A stretch of 24,000 bases of DNA from Acidimicrobiales bacterium (GCA_029245675.1 JAQWOV010000014.1:1-24000); one strand, 5' to 3'. Positions 1-8,920 are shown, counted from the stretch's first letter. Notes: generated from the sequence alone by a model not told the origin. Numbers and translations: made by a program.

Positions 1-108
1 AGTATCAGAAGAACTACTCGAAGAGCTGTCACTGTCGCTACCACAAGCGCCCGCGAGTAACGCGAACCCAAGTACGACGGCAGATAAAACGCTTAATCGT
101 TTACTCAT
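1..108 (-). CDS. N-terminus of a putative lipoprotein, truncated by window edge
   Basis: Hand translation of the reverse strand from ATG at 106-108: MSKRLSVLSAVVLGFALLAGACGSDSDSSSSSSSDT...; signal peptide with lipobox LAGAC, then a Ser/Asp-rich linker; AGGGAT upstream of the ATG is a plausible ribosome binding site. Confidence 0.75.
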   Translation of the reverse strand, partial: MSKRLSVLSAVVLGFALLAGACGSDSDSSSSSSSDT

Positions 109-278
109 GAATCCCTCTCAATGAACCCCAAAGGGCTCTTAATATCTAATAGAACAATCCACTTTGTTTTCCTTAATTTGGAAAACATTATGGATAGATT
201 GCCTACCTTACACATCTTGGAAGGTTCGCGCGCTAGTCGCGGGAGTAATAAAGGATCTTTTAAAAGGAGCTTTTGAGG

Positions 279-659
279 CTAGTTATTACTGACGCTAGTC
301 ACTGTGGTGATGATGCCGCCACGAATTTGCTGTTCAAGAATTACTTTCACCGGAACTTGCACTGCTTTGCCTAGATGGTTGGCAATTTTAGGGGCTAGAT
401 GTTCAGCAAAAATGCCGATTCCTTCGAATGTTCGTAGAAAAAGTTTCAAGGACTTTGTTTCAATGCAGATTGATTCGGGGGAGTAACTTATATCAATCGT
501 GTAAAAATCTGGTTGGTTTGTCACAGGACACACGGCAGTCAATTCGGAAGACCGAAATTGAACTAATTCAACAGGGCCTTCCACAGAGAAGGTGTCAATT
601 TGGGTAGTAGGCGTTGAATCAGGTCGTCCAAGTACTGGTTCTTGATTTGTTTCTTCCAT
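279..659 (-). CDS. queF: QueF-like NADPH-dependent 7-cyano-7-deazaguanine (preQ0) reductase, unimodular type
   Basis: 126 aa ORF with the QueF core CPVTNQPDFYTIDISY (catalytic Cys and Asp context) and ETKSLKLFL (variant of the ESKSLKLY NADPH-binding motif), and Glu in FAEHLAPKI. Confidence 0.85.
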   Translation of the reverse strand: MEETNQEPVLGRPDSTPTTQIDTFSVEGPVELVQFRSSELTAVCPVTNQPDFYTIDISYSPESICIETKSLKLFLRTFEGIGIFAEHLAPKIANHLGKAVQVPVKVILEQQIRGGIITTVTSVSNN

Positions 660-680
660 TAGTTTGGAACTTGAAATACC

Positions 681-770
681 TTAACTATTGCGACCCAGGT
701 TGGGTTTACGTCCATGGTTAGCCTTTTTACGCCGTGCGTTGGCTCTCTTCTTTGACGTTCGCTTTGACAT
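681..770 (-). CDS. Very small ribosomal protein, bL37-like (29 aa), missed by ORF track
   Basis: Reverse strand ATG 768-770 to TAA 681-683: MSKRTSKKRANARRKKANHGRKPNLGRNS. Highly basic, with KKANHG(R/K)(K/R)PN as in the small mycobacterial/actinobacterial 50S protein bL37. Confidence 0.75.
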   Translation of the reverse strand: MSKRTSKKRANARRKKANHGRKPNLGRNS

Positions 771-894
771 GCTAAAGATGCTAACGGCTTAATGAGAGAT
801 ACATGTGTTTTTTTACCTGTTTCTGATGGCTATTGCATGAACTGGCGTAGTCTTACCTGCTGGAAGAACAAATCATTTCAGACAGGAGCATGAG

Positions 895-1971
895 ATGGAA
901 AGATTTGGATTTGTTGGCTTGCCTAATGCAGGAAAGTCTTCTTTATATAACGCATTAGCAGGTGGAGGGGCTTTAGCAGCCCCGTATGCGTTCGCGACAA
1001 CAGATCCAAATATTGGGGTAGCAAAAGTTCCAGATGACCGTTTAGATCAGTTGGCTCAGATGAGTGCCTCTAAGAAGGTGATTCCAGCGAGTGTTCAATT
1101 TGCCGATATAGGTGGGTTAGTTGAAGGAGCAGCTTCTGGAGAAGGTCTCGGAAACAAATTTCTAGCTGGAATTCGTGAAGTGGATGCGATTGTTTTTGTT
1201 CTCAGAGCCTTTCAGGACACAGATGTTCCGGGACCTACAGATCCGTTAGAGCATCTTCGAATTGTTGAGGTGGAACTTGCTTTGGCAGATCTAGAAACGG
1301 TGGAACGGCAACTTGAGAAGCATAGAAAGTCTATGAAAAGCGATAAGACGTTAGTTGGAGCAGTTGCATTGTTAGAAAGAACCCACGAAGCGCTTTCCGA
1401 GGGCATTCCTCTTCATAGAACTAACTTTACGAGTGAAGAACGTCATGAATTGCAGCCGTTCTTTTTGCTGACGAATAAACCGGCACTGGCGATAGTTAAC
1501 TTAGATGAAGATCAGGTATCAGAATCTGAAAGCATTTTGAAACCAATTAAAGATGAATTCCATGATTCAGTAGATGTCATCGGTATGTGTATTCAACTTG
1601 AAGCTGAAGCAGCACTGTTGCCACCTGATCAGCGAGGGGAACTGCTTGAAGGGCTTGGTCTAGGACAAGGAGCCCTCCCGCGTTTTGTGCGATCGGCTTA
1701 TCACCAACTCGGGCTTCGAACATTTTTTACGACCGGAGAAAAAGAAACACGTGCATGGACATTCCGCTCTGGTTCTTCGGCTCCAGAATGTGCAGGCCGG
1801 ATCCATACGGACTTTGAGCGCGGATTCATTAGAGCTGAAACAATCCGTTGGGATCAGTTACTTGAATTTGGATCCTATGTAAAAGCTAGGGAGGCAGGAG
1901 CAGTTCGATCAGAAGGAAAAGATTACTGTCCTCAAGACGGGGATGTTTTAGAGTTCAGATTCAATGTCTGA
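895..1971 (+). CDS. ychF: Redox-regulated ATPase / ribosome-binding GTPase-family protein YchF
   Basis: 358 aa; GLPNAGKSSLYNALA P-loop, DIGGLVEGAASGEGLGNKFL, NxxE-type (NLDE) motif, C-terminal TGS-like domain. Confidence 0.97.
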   Translation: MERFGFVGLPNAGKSSLYNALAGGGALAAPYAFATTDPNIGVAKVPDDRLDQLAQMSASKKVIPASVQFADIGGLVEGAASGEGLGNKFLAGIREVDAIVFVLRAFQDTDVPGPTDPLEHLRIVEVELALADLETVERQLEKHRKSMKSDKTLVGAVALLERTHEALSEGIPLHRTNFTSEERHELQPFFLLTNKPALAIVNLDEDQVSESESILKPIKDEFHDSVDVIGMCIQLEAEAALLPPDQRGELLEGLGLGQGALPRFVRSAYHQLGLRTFFTTGEKETRAWTFRSGSSAPECAGRIHTDFERGFIRAETIRWDQLLEFGSYVKAREAGAVRSEGKDYCPQDGDVLEFRFNV

Positions 1972-1985
1972 TCTAGACTCTAGAT

Positions 1986-2315
1986 ATGCCCTGGTTACTA
2001 CTTGAAGAGAAAGTTCTTAGTTCTATAGAAATAGGCTCAAATGAATCTTTTGTAGGGCAGTCACCTCATCGTGGGGGAGGATCTGAAGAGACTCAGTTGA
2101 TCATGTCTACAAAACTTGTCCATACGTTCCGAAGAGTGGAATCGGAGGATTTCATTTTTCTTGACGAAAGTTTCAAAATTCTTGAGATAAAAACTTTGAC
2201 CCCATCGCGTATTAAGTTCTCTCCGTTAAGAACCAAATCAATTGTTAAAACAAATGAAGGTAATGCTCTTCGGTGGGATGTTCAGGTTGATGACATTCTG
2301 GAGATCCGATTATGA
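1986..2315 (+). CDS. DUF192-family-like small protein
   Basis: 109 aa; VHTFRRVESEDFIFLDESFKILEIKTLTPSRI...VKTNEGNALRWDVQVDDILEI matches the general DUF192 pattern (VHTFGM-like / FLD..VL.V..L.P / GxxxRWGVxxGDxLE), divergent; overlaps start of rsmI by 4 nt. Confidence 0.6.
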   Translation: MPWLLLEEKVLSSIEIGSNESFVGQSPHRGGGSEETQLIMSTKLVHTFRRVESEDFIFLDESFKILEIKTLTPSRIKFSPLRTKSIVKTNEGNALRWDVQVDDILEIRL

Positions 2316-3145
2316 ATGGCATCCTTACATTAGTAGCTACTCCGATTGGAAATTTATCAGACCTTTCTCCGCGCGGGTTAGAAACTCTTGAAAGGTCAGA
2401 TGTAATCGCATGTGAAGATACGCGTCGTACCGGTTCCCTGCTTCAACATTTTGGAATCACAGGTGTACGAATGCTGCGTGTAGATTCACACACCGAAGAG
2501 AAAGCGGCCGGAGAGATTATCAACTGTCTTTCAGACGGGCTTTCAGTATCAATGGTTACTGACGCTGGAATGCCAAGCATCTCGGACCCAGGGGAGCGGT
2601 TAGTGAAAAAAGTTATTGAATCTGGCCATCAAATAACAGTTATCCCGGGTCCAACCGCACCTATTTCAGCGTTAGTGGTCAGCGGGTTTTCAACTCAAAG
2701 GTGGTGCATGGAAGGGTTTTTACCAAGAAAAGGGGAAAATCGATCTCGAAGAATTAAAGAAATTGCTGAAGAAACTCGAACAACCGTCTTATTTGAATCC
2801 CCACATCGGCTGAAAGCCACGTTGGAAGATTTATATGAAGAATGTGGAGGCACTCGGCAGATAGCCATAGTTAGAGAACTCACAAAAATACATGAAGAAA
2901 TCTTCAGAGGATCTTTAGAAGAGTCTTTAGCCTGGGTTGAGAAAAAAATAAAAGGCGAAATAGTGATCGTGCTTGAAGCCAATAATTCAACCACAGAAAT
3001 AGACGACGATCGTCTCAAAGTTGTTCTAAGGGAAATACTTGATGGCGGGGTGTCCACCAAAGATGCGGCTGAAGAAGCATCTCGAAGACTGAATGTGAGT
3101 CGCCGGCGTGCTTATTCAACCGCTCTGGACTTAAGGGCGGACTAG
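2312..3145 (+). CDS. rsmI: 16S rRNA (cytidine(1402)-2'-O)-methyltransferase
   Basis: 277 aa; LTLVATPIGNLSDLSPRGLETLERSDVIACEDTRRTGSLL and TDAGMPSISDPG, VIPGPTAPISALVVSGF are RsmI signatures. Confidence 0.96.
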   Translation: MNGILTLVATPIGNLSDLSPRGLETLERSDVIACEDTRRTGSLLQHFGITGVRMLRVDSHTEEKAAGEIINCLSDGLSVSMVTDAGMPSISDPGERLVKKVIESGHQITVIPGPTAPISALVVSGFSTQRWCMEGFLPRKGENRSRRIKEIAEETRTTVLFESPHRLKATLEDLYEECGGTRQIAIVRELTKIHEEIFRGSLEESLAWVEKKIKGEIVIVLEANNSTTEIDDDRLKVVLREILDGGVSTKDAAEEASRRLNVSRRRAYSTALDLRAD

Positions 3146-3155
3146 TCTCACAGTT

Positions 3156-4790
3156 ATGAATCATTCAAATACCCCCATCCTCGTAGCTGTGGCTTGGCCC
3201 TACGCTTCTGGATCACGCCACCTCGGGCATCTTGCGGGCGCGTATCTTCCTGCAGACGTTTTTGCTCGTTACCAGCGTTTGATGGGAAATCGGGTGTTAA
3301 TGGTTAGCGGGTCAGACGTTCATGGCACCCCGATAACAGTTAGAGCTGACGCGGAAGGAGTCACTCCATCTGAAATCGCAGATAAGTATCATGCAGAGTT
3401 TGTAAAAGATTGGGAAAGACTTGATATCAGTTGGGATTGCTATACCTCTACTGGCACCAACAATCACAAAGAAGTTGTGCAAGAACTATTTATGACTCTT
3501 TTAAATAAGGGACACATTGATAAAAGAACAAGCGAGCAATACTTTGATCAAGAAGTAAACAGATTTTTACCTGATCGTTATATTGAGGGATCTTGTCCAC
3601 ATTGCGAATATCTTGAGGCCCGTGGAGACCAATGCGAAAACTGCGGCAGGACCTTAGATCCACAAGAACTTGTTAACCCGCGTTCAAAAATTTCGGGTTC
3701 AGAACCAGAACTTCGATCAACTGAACATTTCTATTTACGTCTCTCAGACTTTGAAGATTCTCTGGAAAAATGGTTATCGACAAGGCAAGGATGGAGAAAA
3801 CATGTACTCAATTTCTCTAAAGGATGGATAGAAGAAGGCCTTCAAGATCGGGCTATTACCCGAGACTTAGATTGGGGAATTGAGATACCAGTCGATGATT
3901 TGGGTGAAGGTAAACGAATTTATGTTTGGTTCGAAGCTGTAGTCGGCTATTTATCTGCTGCAAAAGAATGGGCGGCCAAACAAGGTGAGCCAGAGTCTTG
4001 GAAAGACTGGTGGGAGAACGACGAAGCACAAAGTTTTTATTTCATTGGCAAAGACAACATACCTTTTCACACCATTATTTGGCCAGGGATGCTCATAGGT
4101 AACGGCGGCTTAAATCTTCCCACCGATGTTCCGGCTAACCAATACGTCACTTTCAAAGGTGGTAAAGCATCTGCTAGCCGTGGAGTTGGGTTAACGATAG
4201 GAGAGGGGTTAGACATGTTTGAGCCAGACGCTCTTCGTTATGCGCTTGCAGCCAACCTCCCTGAACAGAGCGATACAGATATTTCAATAGAAGAGATCGT
4301 TCGACGAATAAATGAAGAACTGGTAGCGACTTGGGGAAATTTAGTAAATCGAGTTCTTTCAATGGTGAACAAAACTTGTGAAGGGCAAGTCCCTGCACCG
4401 GGAAATAAAAAGGATGAAGACAACAAAGTTCTATCTGAAGTAGATGCAATGTTGTTAAAGGCTTCTCAACAGTTAGAGAAAGTAGAAATCCGAGCTGCAC
4501 TTAGATCCGCAATGGATGGAGCCGCAGCTGTTAATGCCTATCTGAATGCTACAGAACCATGGAGAGTCGCTAAAGAAGATCCTGACCGCGCAACAACGAT
4601 ACTCAGTACGGCTTTAGAAGCAATTAATGGAGTTCGAGTGGCATTATCTCCGTATCTTCCTTTCTCTACTACCAAACTTGAAGAGATTTTAGGCCCAATC
4701 AGCAGTTGGGAAAGAAGCCCGGTTGTCGCTGGAACACCGATTCCAAAACCAACACCTTTGTTTGCAAAAATCGAAGTAACAAATGACTAA
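3156..4790 (+). CDS. metG: Methionyl-tRNA synthetase
   Basis: 544 aa; HIGH-like HLGH, zinc-knuckle-like CPHC...CENC, DLDWGIEIP, KMSKS-equivalent KASAS, anticodon-binding domain. Confidence 0.96.
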   Translation: MNHSNTPILVAVAWPYASGSRHLGHLAGAYLPADVFARYQRLMGNRVLMVSGSDVHGTPITVRADAEGVTPSEIADKYHAEFVKDWERLDISWDCYTSTGTNNHKEVVQELFMTLLNKGHIDKRTSEQYFDQEVNRFLPDRYIEGSCPHCEYLEARGDQCENCGRTLDPQELVNPRSKISGSEPELRSTEHFYLRLSDFEDSLEKWLSTRQGWRKHVLNFSKGWIEEGLQDRAITRDLDWGIEIPVDDLGEGKRIYVWFEAVVGYLSAAKEWAAKQGEPESWKDWWENDEAQSFYFIGKDNIPFHTIIWPGMLIGNGGLNLPTDVPANQYVTFKGGKASASRGVGLTIGEGLDMFEPDALRYALAANLPEQSDTDISIEEIVRRINEELVATWGNLVNRVLSMVNKTCEGQVPAPGNKKDEDNKVLSEVDAMLLKASQQLEKVEIRAALRSAMDGAAAVNAYLNATEPWRVAKEDPDRATTILSTALEAINGVRVALSPYLPFSTTKLEEILGPISSWERSPVVAGTPIPKPTPLFAKIEVTND

Positions 4791-5553
4791 AAAGGCTGCT
4801 GATGTTCAATGGTTCGATAACCATTGCCATCTTGGGGAAGACGCAGAAGCCATTATTGAACGTGCTCATTTAGTTGGAGTGACGAAAATGATAACTGTCG
4901 GAACCGACTTAGCGGAAAGTAAAGTGGCGATCCAAATCGCAGAAAATTTTGAAAATGTTTGGGCTACCGCGGGGATTCACCCACATGAAGCCACGCACGG
5001 AACACAGGGACTAAAAGAACTCCTTGACTCACCTCAAGTAGTAGCAGTAGGAGAAGCAGGACTGGATTTTTATTACGATCATTCACCGCGAAACGAACAA
5101 AAAGAAGTTTTTAAACAGCAAATTGAATTAGCTAATAAAAAATCGATGCCACTAGTAATACACACAAGAGAGGCTTGGGATGAAACGTTTTCTCTTTTAG
5201 ACGCTGAAGGAACTCCAGAACACACAGTATTCCATTGTTTCACCGGCGGGCCCATAGAACTTGAATCTTGTTTATCTCGCAACGCTTCCGTTTCTTTCAG
5301 TGGGATAGCTACTTTTTCTACCGCTTCAGAAGTACGCGCCGCAATCGAAGAATGCCCCCTCGAAAAACTACTCTTAGAAACTGATTCCCCATATCTCGCT
5401 CCAGTCCCACTCAGAGGTCAAATAAATGAACCAGCAAACATAATTCACACAGGTCGACTTATAGCTGAGGTCAAAAGCCTCACTGAACAAGAAGTAGCCA
5501 CAGCAACCACTCAAAATGCAGAAAGATTCTACAGGCTTACTGAAATCAACTAA
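4783..5553 (+). CDS. tatD: TatD-family metal-dependent DNase/hydrolase
   Basis: 256 aa; DNHCHLGED, TAGIHPHE, VGEAGLDFYYD, LVIHTREAWDET, HCFTGG, LETDSPYLAP; overlaps metG by 8 nt. Confidence 0.95.
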   Translation: MTKKAADVQWFDNHCHLGEDAEAIIERAHLVGVTKMITVGTDLAESKVAIQIAENFENVWATAGIHPHEATHGTQGLKELLDSPQVVAVGEAGLDFYYDHSPRNEQKEVFKQQIELANKKSMPLVIHTREAWDETFSLLDAEGTPEHTVFHCFTGGPIELESCLSRNASVSFSGIATFSTASEVRAAIEECPLEKLLLETDSPYLAPVPLRGQINEPANIIHTGRLIAEVKSLTEQEVATATTQNAERFYRLTEIN

Positions 5554-5566
5554 AAGCGGGCACGAT

Positions 5567-5604
5567 TCGCGCTTAGAGTGGTCACTCTCGCGCGACGATT
5601 TTTT
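5567..5604 (+). terminator. Rho-independent-like terminator after tatD
   Basis: Stem TCGCGC-tt-AGAGT / ACTCT-c-GCGCGA around a 4-nt loop, followed by cgaTTTTTT; begins 14 nt after the tatD stop. Confidence 0.7.
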
Positions 5605-5730
5605 GCTGTTTGTTTTTTCTCTCAATTCTTCATAAATTTTTGTTCGGCTATAGCATTTTAGAAAATTGCTATCAGAGGGGAAAGGGACGGAGCTCTGGAA
5701 GCTGATACCACCATCGAGAGGTGGCGAGTA

Positions 5731-6438
5731 GTGGTAGTGGCGGTAGCTACTATCGCTGCAGTGCCTCTTCTCGTTTTAGAAAATCCAAATTCTTTTGGCT
5801 CTGCAACATCAACTGCAGGAGCTACTGAAACCTCTTTGGCTGCAACAACAGCCACAATTGTCGCGTCTGAGGCATCAGAGAGTTCTGGAATAGTTCTTTC
5901 AACTCTTGAAGAAGAAAATAGTGGACCTAGTCAGTTAGACGAGACTCAAGCCATGATGATACTCGCTGAGGCAAAAGCCCAAAAAATATTAAAAGACGCT
6001 GTTGAAGCTAAAGAAAAAGACGCTCTTTCAATTTTTGAAACAGCAGAAATTCTTTCAGCCGAACGAGCTGAAGAACTTGCAGAAGCGAGGATCGAATATA
6101 TAGAGTCCCAAGGTTCCGCATCTCCTACAACTCTTCCGCCTTACGTACCCCCAGCACCTAATGGACCGACGGAACAGCAATGGAGTGATTTACGACGGTG
6201 TGAGTCAACTAACAACTACCAAGCAGTAAGTCCTTCTGGGACTTATCGAGGCGCCTATCAATTCAGTCAAGTCACATGGGATTTCATCGCAGGAATTTCT
6301 ACTCACGTTGAAGTTCATTACTTATTAGGCGTAGACCCCATTGACGCTTCTCCAGCTGAACAAGATTTGATGGCGCTTACTCTATATAACTACTGGGGTA
6401 GAGGCCAGTGGCCTGAGTGCGGCCGCTTTTTGCCGTAA
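5731..6438 (+). CDS. Resuscitation-promoting-factor-like transglycosylase domain protein (secreted or membrane-anchored)
   Basis: 235 aa from GTG; N-terminal hydrophobic stretch, Ala/Glu-rich helical region, C-terminal WSDLRRCESTNNYQAVSPSGTYRGAYQFSQVTWDF...GRGQWPECGRFLP (Rpf/lysozyme-like core with CE catalytic context). Conserved tatD-rpf-rsmA-ispE order supports the call. Confidence 0.85.
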   Translation: MVVAVATIAAVPLLVLENPNSFGSATSTAGATETSLAATTATIVASEASESSGIVLSTLEEENSGPSQLDETQAMMILAEAKAQKILKDAVEAKEKDALSIFETAEILSAERAEELAEARIEYIESQGSASPTTLPPYVPPAPNGPTEQQWSDLRRCESTNNYQAVSPSGTYRGAYQFSQVTWDFIAGISTHVEVHYLLGVDPIDASPAEQDLMALTLYNYWGRGQWPECGRFLP

Positions 6439-6447
6439 CTTCTAGTT

Positions 6448-7266
6448 ATGACCCTTACTCGGACCGAAGTCCGGGATCTTCTAGATCGATATCAGATAAG
6501 TCCTAAACGTTCTTTAGGGCAAAATTTTGTCGTAGAACCAAATACTGTTAGGCGAATAGCTGAGTTGGCAGAAATTGAAATAGGCGATCAAGTTTTGGAG
6601 ATAGGACCAGGATTGGGTTCATTAACCTTGGCTCTTGAAGACCGAGGAGCACACGTAACAGCCCTAGAAATTGATGACAAACTTGTTGAAGTACTTAAAG
6701 AGGTAACAGCTGGCAAACAAATCAATATCTTGCATGAAGATGCTATGAAATTTGATTTTGGGACCTATACCTCTAGTGGGAGATGGAAACTTGTAGCTAA
6801 TTTGCCCTACAACATTTCAGTTCCATTGATTTGCAACATTTTAGATACATCTCCTTCTATAACCGAGATGCTGGTCATGGTCCAGAGTGAAGTAGCAGAT
6901 CGTCTTGTAGCGAGACCTGAAACAAAAGCGTATGGCTTCCCATCTGTGAAAGTTTCTTTTTATGCAGAAGCCTCTTTAGTGAGTCGTGTCCCACCTTCTG
7001 TGTTTTTGCCGCGACCAAGAGTTGATTCAGCGCTCGTCAGAATTAAAAGAAAGCCACATACAGATACGACAGTTGACACAGAGACTCTTTTTTCCTTAGT
7101 GAAAATGGGATTCACTCATCGCCGCAAAACATTGCGCCGCTCTTTGGGGGACATGGTCAGAGAAGAAGAGTTTCAAAAATCTAGTATTAATTCAAAAGCA
7201 AGAGCGGAAGAATTAAGTATTGACGAGTGGGTGCATCTAGCAAAGGAGGTCCGTCATGAAAACTGA
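6448..7266 (+). CDS. rsmA: 16S rRNA (adenine(1518)-N6/adenine(1519)-N6)-dimethyltransferase
   Basis: 272 aa; KRSLGQNFVVEPNTVRRI, VLEIGPGLGSLT, NLPYNISVPL, VQSEVADRLVARP. Confidence 0.96.
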   Translation: MTLTRTEVRDLLDRYQISPKRSLGQNFVVEPNTVRRIAELAEIEIGDQVLEIGPGLGSLTLALEDRGAHVTALEIDDKLVEVLKEVTAGKQINILHEDAMKFDFGTYTSSGRWKLVANLPYNISVPLICNILDTSPSITEMLVMVQSEVADRLVARPETKAYGFPSVKVSFYAEASLVSRVPPSVFLPRPRVDSALVRIKRKPHTDTTVDTETLFSLVKMGFTHRRKTLRRSLGDMVREEEFQKSSINSKARAEELSIDEWVHLAKEVRHEN

Positions 7267-7981
7267 GTTGAGATCTCCAGCAAAACTCACTCTTTCCCTC
7301 CGGATTACCGGAAAAAGAGAGGATGGCTACCACTTCATAGAGGCGGAAATGGTAAGCCTAGATCTTTCGGATCGAATAGTTATTTCTGATGGAGATGGCT
7401 TGACGATAGAGGGACCTGAAATAGGATTTAGTGTTGAGCCAGATAGCAACAACTTAGTTACACAAGCTCTTGAATTATTAAACAGGAAAGCCTTGATTCG
7501 CCTAGAAAAGAACATTCCTTCCGGCGCAGGTTTAGGAGGAGGGTCTACTAACGCAGCAGCAATACTTCGATGGGCTGGTTTCACAGACCTAGTCAAAGCT
7601 GCGTCTCTAGGGGCTGATGTCTCTTACTGCATTGTTGGAGGCAGAGCTAAAGTTTCAGGAATTGGTGAAGTAGTGGAACCTCTACCATTCGTTGAAAAAA
7701 CTTTTACTCTCCTCACCCCGCCATTTGGCGTTTCAACTCCAGCCGTTTATAAACACTGGGACGAAATGGGAGGCCCCGTGGGGGATAACGGCAATGACCT
7801 CGAACCTGCTCTGCTCAGCTATATGCCGGAAGCAGATCAATACAAAAATCGATTAGCAGAAATATCTGGAAAAATCCCTCAATTAGCTGGATCGGGTTCA
7901 ACATGGTTTGTGGAAGGAAGTTTCCCTGAAGAAGGCTGCCAAGTAGTAAAGACTATTCCGTCTAGCCTGTTCGAGAAGTAA
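7256..7981 (+). CDS. ispE: 4-diphosphocytidyl-2-C-methyl-D-erythritol kinase
   Basis: 241 aa; PAKLTLSLRITGKREDGYHFIEAEM, KNIPSGAGLGGGSTNAAAILR (GHMP kinase), AGSGSTWF; overlaps rsmA. Confidence 0.95.
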   Translation: MKTELRSPAKLTLSLRITGKREDGYHFIEAEMVSLDLSDRIVISDGDGLTIEGPEIGFSVEPDSNNLVTQALELLNRKALIRLEKNIPSGAGLGGGSTNAAAILRWAGFTDLVKAASLGADVSYCIVGGRAKVSGIGEVVEPLPFVEKTFTLLTPPFGVSTPAVYKHWDEMGGPVGDNGNDLEPALLSYMPEADQYKNRLAEISGKIPQLAGSGSTWFVEGSFPEEGCQVVKTIPSSLFEK

Positions 7982-8011
7982 AGAACTTGGCTGAGTTTTT
8001 TAGGAGGAAAA

Positions 8012-8920
8012 ATGGATAAGAACTTAGTGCAAAGTGACGCAAGGCTTTTATGTGACGACTTGCCGCCCGTAGGGCCGTTAGCTCTAGGTCTTTGGCGATA
8101 CACCAACACTGATATTGGTCACGCGACAAATCTACTTGAAGCAGCACTAGATCTCGGCATCAACTTGATAGACAATGCCGATGTTTACGGACTTGATTGG
8201 GGTGGAAACGGGTTTGGAGCCTGCGAAGAACTTCTAGGTCAAGTACTTTCAGGAAGCCCTGAATTACGAGACCAAATAGTGTTGGCAACCAAGGGAGGGA
8301 TACAGCCCCCTGTTCCATATAACTCAAGTAGCGAGTACCTCCGAAAGGCTTGTGAAGATTCTCTTCGCCGTATGAATGTTGAACAGATTGACTTGTATCA
8401 AGTGCATCGCCCTGACATGTACACTCATCCAGCTGAAGTCGCTGCAACGCTTGACAGTCTCGTAGAGGAAGAAAAAGTCATCGCTCTCGGTGTTTCAAAT
8501 CACTCACCCAATCAAATAAAAGCATTGCAGGAACATTTAAGGAATCCTCTTATCGCCGTTCAGCCGGAGTTTTCAGCAGTGCATTTAAGCCCTTTACGTG
8601 ACGGGATTCTTGATTTAGCTGCAGAAAGAGATCTCGTTCCACTGGCATGGAGTCCACTAGCAGGAGGAAGCCTGGCTACCGGAGAAGGTATCCCATCAGA
8701 ACTTGCGGCAGTCCTAGATGAATTAGCTAGCCGCGAATCTGTTGATAGAGCAACTATCGCTATCGCATTTGTTTTATCCCACCCAACTTCACCGATTGCG
8801 ATACTTGGAACTCAAACAATTGAAAGACTAGAAAAACTTTCAGAAGCACTCCAAGTGTCTTTAACAAGAGCAGATGTTTATAAAATCATCCAAGCTTCAG
8901 AAGGCGTCCCTCTTCCATGA
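8012..8920 (+). CDS. Aldo/keto reductase
   Basis: 302 aa; NLIDNADVYG, LATKGG, DLYQVHRPD, GVSNHS, PLAWSPLAGG; TAGGAGG upstream of ATG. Confidence 0.93.
   Translation: MDKNLVQSDARLLCDDLPPVGPLALGLWRYTNTDIGHATNLLEAALDLGINLIDNADVYGLDWGGNGFGACEELLGQVLSGSPELRDQIVLATKGGIQPPVPYNSSSEYLRKACEDSLRRMNVEQIDLYQVHRPDMYTHPAEVAATLDSLVEEEKVIALGVSNHSPNQIKALQEHLRNPLIAVQPEFSAVHLSPLRDGILDLAAERDLVPLAWSPLAGGSLATGEGIPSELAAVLDELASRESVDRATIAIAFVLSHPTSPIAILGTQTIERLEKLSEALQVSLTRADVYKIIQASEGVPLP

Noticed and set aside
166-186. GTTTTCC-TTAATTT-GGAAAAC inverted repeat as a terminator after queF
   Set aside because: AT-rich 7-bp stem without a clear T tract; too weak to call.
304-486. 60-aa plus-strand ORF opposite queF
   Set aside because: The minus-strand frame carries QueF motifs; this is its antisense.
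2695-3060. 121-aa minus-strand ORF opposite rsmI
   Set aside because: Low-complexity Ser-rich reverse translation of rsmI, no independent support.
4174-4500. 108-aa minus-strand ORF opposite metG
   Set aside because: Fully antisense to a well-conserved MetRS; sequence looks like a reverse-frame artefact with no recognisable domain or upstream signals.
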